A stretch of DNA of 64,000 nt from Balanoglossus misakiensis (GCA_040954595.2 CM082594.2:3891319-3955318); one strand, 5' to 3'; shown: positions 23,440-34,400, numbered from the stretch's first letter. The notes: a model not told the origin generated them from the letters alone. A program made the numbers and translations.

Positions 23440-26400
23440 TATAAGTTGACCCAGAATGAGATATGGACATAAAAGTGATTAGGTGCTCCATCCCTCCAAA
23501 TGCCAAGGCTCTATCTGCTTATAGGATGCTGAGATATGGGAAAAAGGGTCCAAGGTCCCCTGAGGGAAATAAATGTTGACCCCATACTGGTCCATGTCCA
23601 AGGAAAACCAAACCTCTAGCCCTATCTGTTTGCCTTTAATTAGGTATGCACATAATTAATAAGTTAAGCAGTTGGGCTTTTTTATTTTGGTCCCTGTAGT
23701 GCTCACTGGCCAACAGACACTTGGCTCAAAAACAAAGCCGTAGCCCTATAGGTTAGCCTTGAATTAGATATGCAGAAAAATGAAGTGTCAAAAGTAGGTT
23801 AAAGGTCATTGCCAAAATACCGAAATATTTGGGTCATGTCCTTGCAGCGAAAGTACCTATGTCAATTCAGAACTGTGGTGCTTTTACAACAGGAGCTATA
23901 AGGCATATGCACTTATTATTAGGTTCTTTACAAACTGGGTCAAAGGTCATGTGAAAATTGCCAACCAGCGAATGCCAAGGCTGTATCTGCTGTGGATACC
24001 AAGATATGGGAAAGTAGGTCAAAGGTCACCTGAGGTCACCCCAAATTTGGGCAAAAAAAATGGACCCCATACTAGTCTAGGTCCAACAAAAAACAGACCC
24101 CTAGCTCTATTGGTTCGCCTAGAATTAGGTATGCGCATAATTAATGAGGTTTAGTGTAAGACTCCATATGTGCTCCATTGCCCCCCCCCCCCCCCAAGCC
24201 AGGACTCTAACTGCTGTGGATGCTGAGATATGGGAAAGTAGATCAAAGGTCATCCAAGGTCACCCAAAATTTGGGCATAAAATGTTGACCCCAGAGTGGG
24301 CCATGTCCAACTAAAACCAGACCTCTAGCCCTATTGGTTAGCCTGGAATTAGATATGCAGAAAAATGATGTTTCAGAAATAGGTCAAGGGTCATTGCCAA
24401 AATTACCAAAATATTTGTGTCATGTCCTGGCAGCATTGGTACCCATGTCCACAAAATTCATGACTGTGGTGCTTTGACAAGAGGAGGTATGGGGAATATG
24501 CATATATAATTAGTTGTTTTAAAACTGGGTCAAAGGTCATGTGCAAACTGCCCCGAAAAATTGTGACAATTTCCGGTCATATGATGACTCATATCCAAAA
24601 AAAGAATTTCCGTGCTGTCAACATTTTGGCTACAAAACGGAATTTTCATTTTTTAATGGTTTTCCGAAAATCCAACATGGCCGCCATAATGATCGACCAA
24701 TCACAGTGCGCTTCGCAAACTTGATAGACATAGGTTAGGTGATCACATACCCCGAATCCCGTGACTCGGCAATCGCTGGTTCTGGAGAAGAAGATTTTTA
24801 AAGTTTTAAGTAGTTTTTCAGAAAAACAATTGTAGCAAAAAAACGGTATGTGTGACGTCATGATTTCAATGGGGTAAAATGATGGACAGAAGGTAGACTA
24901 CCTGCACACCAAATTTGAACTCGATTGGCCCAGTAGTTTTTGAGAAGGACTTGTTTAACGATTTTCAGGAAATCCAATATGGCCGCCAGGTCACGTGACT
25001 AATTAAATATTCACGAGCCACTGCACGTCTACTCATTGGCCCCTATCACCCTACCAAGTTTCAGCCCCCTAGGTGCTGCCGTTTTCCAGATCTACCTGGC
25101 CGATTTTTGGAGAAGAAGAAGAAGAAGAATTAAAGCTGCAAGCAGCATTGTCCGGGCCCAAGCTCTATTATCTGACCTGATTATTAGATATGCACATAAT
25201 TAATGATTAGAAACATAATGCTGTGTTTTATCCCATAAAATATCAAGGTTATATCTATGTTTGGTGCTGATATAGTGTTAAGTAGGTCAAAGGTCAACCA
25301 GGGGTCACCCACAAATTGGGCAGAATATTTTGACCCACAGTGGTCCATGTCCAACAAAAACCAGACCTCTAGCCCTTTTGGTTAGCCTAGAATTAGGTAT
25401 GCACATAAATAATGAGGTCAGCAGAGGTCACAGGTGACCCAAAACTTTGGCTTTTCATTATGGCCCCATATCTCCAAATGCCAAGGCTGTACCTGCTTTG
25501 GATGCCGAGATATGCAAAAGTAGGTCAAAGGTCACCCGAGGTCACCCAACATTTGGGCAAAATATTTTGACCCCATACTGATCCATGTCCAAAAAAACCC
25601 AAACCTCTAGGTCTATTGGTTAATCTGTAATTAGGTATGCGCATATTTAATGAGGTCAGCAGAGGTCAAAGGGGTCATGAAAAGTAGCAAAAATTTTTGT
25701 TCACATACAAATCCACATACATCAAAAACCAAACTTATAGCCCTATTGGTTAGCCTGGAATTAGATATGCAGAAAAATGATGCGTCAAAAGTAGGTCAAA
25801 GGTCATTGCCAAAATTACCAAAATATTTATAGCTTATACTTGTCATATGATGATTCATATCCATTAAAAGAATTTCTGTGCTATCAATTTTTAGGCTAGA
25901 AAGGGAATTTTTACTTTTTAATCGTTTTTCACAAAATCCAATATGGCCGCCATAATCTTCGACCAATCACATTCAACTTCGCAAACTTGATAGACATCTG
26001 TTTAATAACCACACACACCAAATCTTGTGACTCGGTTATCGCCGGTTCTTGAGAAGAAGATTTTTGAAATTTTACTAGGGTTTTTCGAATATCCAATATG
26101 GCCGCCATAATCTTGGACCAATCACAATGATCTTCGCAAACTTGATAGACATCAGTTAGGTGACCACATACCCCAAACCCCGTGTCTCGGTTATCACCGG
26201 TTCTGGAGAAGAAGATTTTTGAAATTTAAGCCAGATTTCAGAAAAAAAATTGTAGCAAAAAAACTGCAACTTTGTCAGCATAATTTCCAATTACAAAAAT
26301 GACGGGCAGAAGGTAGTCTACCAGCATGCCAAATTTGAAGTCGCTCTGACTTGTAGTTTCTGAGATCTGAGATTTGCATTTTTTCAGAAAATCCAATATG

Positions 26401-28450
26401 GCCGCCATGTCATGTGACTAATTAAGTATTCACAAGTCACTGCACATCTACTCATTAACCTTGACCACTGTAGCAAGTTTGAGAACTGTACCTGCAGTGG
26501 TGTCTGAGATCTAGAGCGATAAAGAATGGAACCAAGAATAAAGAAAGAAAGAAAGAAAGAAAGAAAGACAGAAAAACCCCAGCGAAACCAATACGGGCCC
26601 AAGCCTGGCTTGGCTTGGGCCCGTAAATATAGCTGCAAGCAGCGATGACGGGCCCAAGCTTAAGCCGAAGGTCAAAGGTCATATGTCGTCACCCAAAAGA
26701 TGGGCAAGAAATTTTGACCCCATACTGGTCCAGGTTCAACAAAAATCAAACCTCTAGCCCTATTGGTTAGCCTGGAATAAGGTATGCACATAATTAATGA
26801 GTTCAGCAGGTGTTACAGGTGACTTAATAATTTCACTTTTCATTTTCAACCCATCCCTCCAAACGCCAAGGCTGTACCTGCTCTGGATGCTGAGATATGG
26901 TTAAGTAGGTCAAAGGTCACCTGAGGTCACCCAAAATTTGGGCAAAAATTTTTGACCCTATACTGGTCCATGTCCCATAAGAACAAAACCTCTAGCCCTA
27001 TTAGTTATCCCTGAATTAGGTATGCACATAATTAATGAGATAAGCAGGTGTCACAGGTGACCCCCAATTTTGGCTTTTCGATTTTAGTCCCAACCCTCCA
27101 AACGCCAAGTCTGTACCTGCTCTGAATGCAGAGATATAGGAAAGTAGGTCAAAGGTCACCTGAGGTCACCCAAAATTTGGGCAAAATTTTTTGACCCCAT
27201 ACTGGTCCAGGTTCCACAAGAACAAAACATCTAGCCATATTAGTTAGCCCAAAATTAGGTATGCACATAATTAATGAGTTAAGCAGGTGTTACAGGTGAG
27301 CCCAAAATTTTGCCTTTTATTTTGGTCCCATTCTGCTCACGGGCCAATAGACAGTCACTGTACAGGACCATTGCACAGACGTGGACATAGCGTCATAGCT
27401 TAACTATAGAAAGTATAGGCCCTTGGCTTGGTCCAAAAATATGAAAAACTAATAATATTTAAAAGTCTTCTTCTCAAAATAGACTTGGCCCACAGCCTTG
27501 ATATTTGGTATGTTGGATACTGACCACATGGTCCAGAAAGTATCCTAACAGAATTTTGATATCTCAATTCATATGCAAATTAGGCCCATTTGAAAACTTT
27601 GCCCATATATGGTCAACAGGTCACATGACTAATTAAACATTCACAAGGGTACTGCACCAGCTCTCATAGGCCTGCACCATTTTGCCAAGTTTGAAATTTG
27701 TAGGTTCAGCCGTTTTCAAGATCCTATTGGCCGAAAAAACTACACAAGAAAAAAAAGAAGAATATAGCTGCAAGCAGCGATGACGGGCACAAGCTTAAGC
27801 CGAAGGTCAAAGGTCATATGTGGTCACCCAAAATTTGGGCAAAAAGTTTTGACCCCATACTAGTCCAGGTCCAACAAAAACCAGACCTCTAGCCCTATTG
27901 GTTCGCCTAGAATTAGATATGCACATAATTAATGACGTAAAGTATAAGGCTCCATTAGGAGTTCCATGCCTCCAAATGCCAAGGCTGTATCTGCATGGGT
28001 TGCCGAGATACGGTAAAGTAGGTCAAAGGTCACCTGAGGTCACCCAAAATTGGGCAAGAAATTTTAACCCCATACTGGTCCATGTTCAACAAAAATCAAA
28101 CCTCTAGCCCTATTGGCTAGCCTGGAATTAGGTATGCACATAATTAATGAGATAAGCAGGTGTCACAGGTGACCCCCAATTTTGTCTTTTCAATTTTAGT
28201 CACAACCCTCCAAACGCCAAGTCTGTACCTGCTGTGGATGCCGAGATATAGGAAAGTAGGTCAAAGGTCACCTGAGGTCACCCAAAATTTGGGCAAAAAT
28301 TTTTGATCCCATACTGGTCCATGTCCCACAAGAACAAAACCTCTAGCCCTAATAGTTAGCCCGGAATTAGGTATGCACATAATTAATGAGTTAAGCAGGT
28401 GTTACAGGTGAGCCCAAAATTTTGTCTTTTATTTTGGTCCCATTCAGCTC
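23440..28450 (+). repeat. Subterminal ~216-240-bp dispersed/tandem repeat units of the Helentron family (also at 6650-7220 and 7860-8130)
   Basis: Recurring AAGTAGGTCAAAGGTCACCTGAGGTCACCC...TTTGACCCCATACTGGTCCATGTCC...CCTCTAGCCCTATTGGTTAGCC...GGTATGCACATAATTAATGAG. Period about 238 bp (25284/25522; 26669/26907/27146; 28020/28258). Confidence 0.85.
25129..26625 (+). mobile_element. Element C: complete non-autonomous Helentron (~1.5 kb)
   Basis: Left end ATTAAAGCTGCAAGCAGC with sub-TIR CGGGCCCAAGC (25153-25163). (GAAA)n tract, then hairpin TACGGGCCCAAGCC-tggctt-GGCTTGGGCCCGTA (26592-26625). Confidence 0.85.
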
Positions 28451-28975
28451 ACGGGCCACTAGACTGTCACTGTACAGGACAATTGCACAGACGTGGACAT
28501 AGCGTCATAGCTTAACTATAGAAAGTATAGGCCTATGGCTGGGTCCACAAATATGACAAATAATATTTAATAATCTTCTTCTCAAAATAGACTTGGCCCA
28601 CGGGATTGACATTTGGCATGTAGGACACTGATCACATGGTCCACAAAAGTTGCTAAAAGAATTTCGATATCTCCATTCATATGCAAATTAGGCCCATTTG
28701 AAAACTTTGCCCATATATGGTCATCAGATCACATGACTTATTAAACATTCACGAGGGTACTGCACCAGCTCTCATAGGCCTGCATCACTGTGCCAAGTTT
28801 GAGATTTGTAGGTTCAGCCGTTTTCAAGATCCTATTGGGCAAAAAAACTACACAAGAAAAAGAAGAGGATGAAAAACCCCAGTAATACCAATAGGGCACA
28901 AGCCTGCTTGGCTTGTGCCCTAAAAAACCAGGATAATACCAATAGGGCCCAAGCGCTGCATGCGCTTGGGCCCTA
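26627..28975 (+). mobile_element. Element D: non-autonomous Helentron (~1.19 kb) interrupted by E at 27762-28922
   Basis: Left end ATATAGCTGCAAGCAGCGATGACGGGCCCAAGC. Right hairpin TAGGGCCCAAGCGC-tgcat-GCGCTTGGGCCCTA (28943-28975). Confidence 0.85.
27762..28922 (+). mobile_element. Element E: complete non-autonomous Helentron (~1.16 kb), close relative of D
   Basis: Left end ATATAGCTGCAAGCAGCGATGACGGGCACAAGC. Right hairpin TAGGGCACAAGCC-tgctt-GGCTTGTGCCCTA (28892-28922). Body colinear with D. Confidence 0.85.
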
Positions 28976-29093
28976 ATAAAGAAGAAATATTCCAACAATA
29001 CCAATAGGGGCACAAGCCCGATAGGCTTGTGCCCCTAAATATTCCAACAATACCAATGGGGGCACAAGCCGCCTGAGGGCGCTTGTGCCCCCA
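28884..29093 (+). repeat. Array of four stacked Helentron right-end hairpins
   Basis: Four AATACCAAT-stem-loop units (28892-28922, 28943-28975, 29005-29037, 29057-29093) with 13-14-bp stems and different loops. Confidence 0.95.
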
Positions 29094-31346
29094 ATTAACC
29101 TACACTTCTTACTAAAATTTACAACATATTTCCCTTGTAATTAACATCGTTCAATCGAATGCACGGGTCTGCGATCTAACTATCGGAGTTTTCTTTCGAT
29201 TGGGAAGTTTCCACTCGAGAAGAAGTCCTGCGAATTCATGCCGGCTTGGACTTGAACAACCCATCGCAATTTTATCGGAGATCAGATCTACATTAGAACG
29301 TGTCCGGGATAATAAATGCTATTCAAATATCAACCCGATAAAACAGCAAGAATTCTGCTGTGAAAGAGGTCGTAGAATTTGCGTGGCGGCATCGTTCTTG
29401 ACGGAGACGTGTTGCCGCACCACACCCATGTTTGCTATCGCACACTCATAAAAATGTCTGATATCGAAAAAAAGTGATACAGAGAAGCAAGTCATGAGAG
29501 TGGTAACGCTATCAGTGATTAGTATTTTAGCGTGGACCTTGCCCTATTTGTTGCCACCCAGGACATTCGGCGAGAGGCTTTAGTATTGTTAAATGCTCAC
29601 AACCTATTAAAGTCCCACTATACTAGCTGCCATTTTTTGCGTTATTTTCATGCGTTTACTGTCAAACTCAGAATGGTACATTTAAATTAGCCTGCTGTTG
29701 AGTATGCACACACTCATTATCAACCCGGATTGGGGCTGTAAAATGGAATATGAAAAGGTTAAATAATAAAGAGGTGTCACATCCGTTTATTCAGCCACCT
29801 ATTGCAAGATTACTCAACTATCGTGGTTTGCACATATGGGTATAAGGATTTTCACAAATTCAAAATGGTGTCATCATTCGACTTAGAATAAAGAGACGCC
29901 AACTGAAATACGTTATCGATTAAAATTGCTAAAACTGGCGGCTATGGGGTTTTAACGCCACAACCACTGTTGGCGTTGTTTTGGAGGCGGAATGCAATTA
30001 CGGGTGTCTCGGGGGGCTTGTACAGCGAGATGGACATGGTCAGTATAGTCTCTCTACGTTGGCGTTATAGGCCTAATGGATGTAAAAAGATATCTGCATG
30101 GCGTTATCAACAAATTCTACGGACAGACATGTTGTCGTGTGCAACGGAGAACGAGAGTTACACTTTAACAACAACAATGACTGAACATTTAGAAAAAGAA
30201 CATGGCCGCAGTTGTGAAGCCCCCCCCCCCTCCCCACCCCCCAAAATGAGAGAACATTTCCTAGAAGCAATTGTTCAGTTTTGGAATGCTGAAAAAAAGA
30301 CGTGTGTTTACGAGTATGAAAAAATGTGCAGTGTGTATATAGGGCTTGCATTTTTTCACACATGCCACGTTCACTGACCATATAACACGAACCTCAAACA
30401 ATTTATGACCTCTTTGTTTGATCTTTGAAAATACACAGTATCAAAAGAATGATTTATTATACATTGATTGTCTATATGTTGTAATATTATTTGGAAAGCG
30501 TCTGTGAAGAGCAGACACACAGACCGACGGACTGAGGACGAAACAACTGACAATAAGAAACATACATGTACTTCTACACAACACCTACTTGAAGAAAGTC
30601 TGCACTCAATACAGTTATTTATTAACTCTGAGTACACCGTTAACGACCCGTGTGTGAACAGTCTGTATACAATGAATGTACTTTGTGCCCATCCATACAT
30701 GTGCACGAGAAAACTACTTCCGGTGAGACGATGCCCAAGAAAACTACTTCCGGTGAGATGGCTGTGAAACCAACCATCTCCTCCAAATCAATGCCTACCT
30801 TTTTTCCTGAATCTAACCTTAACCGTTGGCGCCGATATATAGATTTCAATCGATGAACTCTGACCCAGAATACCGAATGACACTGGGAGAAACTGCATTT
30901 AGTATATGGCCCAGGGGCAGTTACCGTGTTGCGGTCATTTCTCGAGATCCGCCGAAAACAGCAAGAGACAGCATAAAAAACAGTCTAGTGAAAATAAACA
31001 TGAAAGTAACCTGGGCTACTGAAATAAACGGAAACTACTCAAGCATTACCCGGTTAAATATTGCCAATGAGTTTCGGAGTGGTGCCTCTAACTTAATGCG
31101 AAAAAGTTACTCAAGTAAAGTAAAGTTAAGTAAACAGTTCCGTGGAATCATAGTTCGCCAACCATAGTGATAGTGTATAGAGGTTATCAGTAAGGCCACT
31201 CAAATGTGAACTACTGTTGCATTCTACTGCCTCAAATACGGGCGTGGTACACACAGGTGACAGCAATTTCTTCACCTGTTTTCGGCTCAATGAGACTTTA
31301 ATTTGACACGGATATTACCATTCACTTGCAACGGCGAAGGTACGCC

Positions 31347-31416
31347 ATGGCGTTCCCAGGAACACTTCGCCTATTCTGTGTTTGCCTGTATGTGGTCGGC
31401 GAAGTGAGTTTTTCAG
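31347..31416 (+). CDS. Mucin gene exon 1: signal peptide [23 protein letters not shown](V)
   Basis: Kozak GCCATGG, hydrophobic core, phase-1 donor CAG|GTGAGT that joins in frame to the acceptor at 37448 (V-AQSTET...). Not in the ORF track. Confidence 0.75.
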
Positions 31417-34400
31417 GTGAGTACTGTTATAGTACAGCAGAATTTCAGGAACATTCGACAACACTATATAGAGTGTTTTGGTCTTAATTTATTCCGGCGA
31501 GGCACAAGGACGAGCAGGTAGATCAATTAAGCTGGTCGCAGCCGGTAAACATGGTTAAAGAGACGAAGTCGTTCACTTTTCATATAAATTTGGATATTTC
31601 AATTCCTTTAAAGTGAACCGACACCTTCCTTGTAGAGAGATTCTAATAAAATCTTTGTGAAAAACATGAGTGATTTGCGTCGTTTTTATTCACTTTCACT
31701 TATCGCGCAGCAGCGTAGCGTCGATCTCGATATGCAGTGTGACGTCACCAACTACGCACCAGTAGCAGACGCCACCGTGCGCACGCTAACGTACACAGAC
31801 AGTTGACATGGCTGGCTCCCTCGCAAGTGGGAGCAAAAACAGAGTTGGCAAAAACACGGTGAAAGGTTTTATAAGAGTTCCCGACCCTTCGGTGGACAGT
31901 CAAAATGCAAATCGACCTGAAAAATGGGTGTCAAACATTGGCATATTATTTCGGTGCTTATTGCTGAGACAGATGATACTTTTGCTTCGGAAATGTTCGT
32001 GTTCAACTAGGCCCTATATCGTGAAGCATATTGCAAAAAAAAAAAAAAACTACACAGCAAAAATTGTCGAAACAGCCGGGGCTCCTGATTTCCTTTGATC
32101 ACCATATGACGAAACCGAATTTTTGGCACTGTAAATCAAAACTCTGATCGGAAGAAAGTAGTGTGGCGGAAATAGGCCTACTAGTGAACACTGTTTTTGT
32201 CGCGTACCCAAGCTGTGAATGCATCGCAAAACCATTTCCAAAGACAAAAACGACCACCTCTACCATCTGGAAGCACCACAGATGTACTCGAAACATGACA
32301 ATCGGAGTTTCTGCCTCCCTTTGATCAACAAAGCCGCATCTTTTCACAGCTGTTGATCAACGTAAAGGATGGTAGACACGTGTGGTAGACATTTTCGCGA
32401 GAGTGACAATAGGCTTACTTTCTATTCTTTTGGGAAATCACGAGGGTCCCTATTATGACATGGGTGACTAAATGTCAAAAATTATCGCATGGCTTCGTGA
32501 TATGTCATTCAAGTCTTTATCTAACTGCCTTGTCAAGACATCTATTTCATGGCAGCACCGGCATTCCTTGACAGTAGAAATAACTTCGCATTTACCGCAG
32601 CGCAGCTACACCATGAGCATGAGCGTGATGAAAGACGAAGCCGATCACTCTTCTCGATCGTCTTTGCTGTCTACACTTGCCTCTGTACTATTGGAATCAG
32701 TTTCACTTGAGTCGCCTACCATCTCATCGCTGCTGTATTCGGGTTCGTACAAAAATCCGACGATATCTTCGTTTGAAAACTCAATATCGCGTGGTCGTTT
32801 TTGTCTTTGGAAATGGTTTTGCGATGCATTCACAGCTTGGGTACGCGACAAAAACAGTGTTCACTAGTAGGCCTATTTCCGCCACACTACTTTCTTCCGA
32901 TCAGAGTTTTGATTTACAGTGCCAAAAATTCGGTTTCGTCATATGGTGATCAAAGGAAATCAGGAGCCCCGGCTGTTTCGACAATTTTTGCTGTGTAGTT
33001 TTTTTTTTTTTTTTTGCAATATGCTTCACGATATAGGGCCTAGTTGAACACGAACATTTCCGAAGCAAAAGTATCATCTGTCTCAGCAATAAGCACCGAA
33101 ATAATATGCCAATGTTTGACACCCATTTTTCAGGTCGATTTGCATTTTGACTGTCCACCGAAGGGTCGGGAACTCTTATAAAACCTTTCACCGTGTTTTT
33201 GCCAACTCTGTTTTTTCTCCCACTTGCGAGGGAGCCAGCCATGTCAACTGTCTGTGTACGTTAGCGTGCGCACGGTGGCGTCTGCTACTGGTGAGTAGTT
33301 GGTGACGTCACACTGCATATTGAGATCGACGCTACGCTGCTGCGCGATAAGTGAAAGTGAATAAAAACGACGCAAATCACTCATGTTTTTCACAAAGATT
33401 TTATTAGAATCTCTCTACAAGGAAGGTGTCGGTTCACTTTAATTAAGCTCATGTTGTCACATCGTAACCCATGCCTTGCACACGCAGACAAGATGTGAAT
33501 ACTTCCAACACCAACAATTGTGTTGCAAACGCATTCACATGTTATACCCATATACAGGGTGTGAGGTGTGTGACAACCGGCGACTCAGTATCTTTCAGTG
33601 AGCAAGACAACATAAATCTTTAATAAGAAACAATCACAACCTATGACGTCTTCATTAGAAACGATCTGTTAACACTGAGTATCATTTTATTATAAAATAA
33701 TTAATACTGACACAGAATTCCACAATTTAAATCAGTTTTAAGACCTCCACTTCATATTTTATTGCCCCCTTCCCTCGCTTTAAGACAATTGTGTATCAGC
33801 CTGTTATGGCGCCAGGCTATTTCGACCAATGGGCTTTGCTGAAAGATAATTGTGTCCATTTGTCAACAAAATCCATTATTATTATCCAAAAAAGTTCCAA
33901 AATAGTTCCAATACGTAATAAAAGGGTAAAAGGAAGGGAACCTTACACATGGTTAACGGAGATGTGAATACTGGTATTCCATTCCTTTGTTTCCTGTTCA
34001 GACAAGCCCGTAAACTTCCTTGACATTTTTATGGGACACACCTCCCGGGTACGATTATGATACCCTAAGTACAGTAGTTGCTCGGGTAAGAGCCCCTGTG
34101 CGGCCAAACGCCCCCTATGGTTTTAGGGCCCATTTGAATTTCGAGGTTATATCCGGTCTAAAGCCCCCCCCCCCCCCCCTCCCTCGGCCGAATATCCATT
34201 AAATTCTTGGAAATTTAATAAAGTGCAATGCAAAAAGGCGGATTTTCATCCCCAAAGTCACTAAATTAAAAAATTAAAAAAAAACGTCTGCGACGGCAAA
34301 CAATTTCCATGTGATGATTGACTTTCAGGTTTGTACTTCAGGTTTGTCCTGTCACACCATAAACGACAGGCCGTATGAAACAACCACTAAATATTTCCTC

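Larger units (their letters stand above)
7816..29037 (+). mobile_element. Element B: autonomous-type Helentron (~17.4 kb without nested C, D, E)
   Basis: Left end identical to A (sub-TIR 7840-7850). Right hairpin TAGGGGCACAAGCC-cgata-GGCTTGTGCCCCTA (29005-29037). Contains the OTU-Rep-Pif1-endonuclease coding region. Confidence 0.9.
6602..29093 (+). mobile_element. Nested cluster of five Helentron (Helitron2/HLE2-type) elements A(B(C)(D(E)))
   Basis: Five left ends ATTAAAGCTGCAAGCAGC/ATATAGCTGCAAGCAGC plus sub-TIR at 6602, 7816, 25129, 26627, 27762. Five right-end hairpins ending at 26625, 28922, 28975, 29037, 29093. Rep-helicase-endonuclease ORF inside B. No TSDs; junctions fall between A|A (T|T on minus strand). 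Confidence 0.9.

Noticed and set aside
6645-25128. LTR-like ~1.2-kb direct repeats flanking the coding region (LTR/DIRS element or rolling-circle tandem dimer)
   Set aside because: No RT, integrase or tyrosine recombinase, no TG..CA or TSD. Two separate GGGGCACAAGC hairpins with different loops at 29005 and 29057 indicate two nested elements.
28884-29093. CRISPR-like repeat/spacer appearance of four palindromic units
   Set aside because: Eukaryotic context, no cas genes, variable part is the hairpin loop, and each unit is explained as a Helentron terminus.
29970-31167. Several 100-135-aa ORFs and a short AAAACTACTTCCGGTGAGA duplication upstream of the mucin gene
   Set aside because: No domain, start context or splice chain; probably promoter-proximal or decayed repeat DNA.
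31608-33442. piggyBac assignment because of TTAA TSD; mirrored ORFs 31808-32098 and 32901-33242 as genes
   Set aside because: Termini are AG..CT rather than CC..GG. The ORFs are mirror images inside the TIRs, differ by a poly-A length frameshift and have no recognisable domain.
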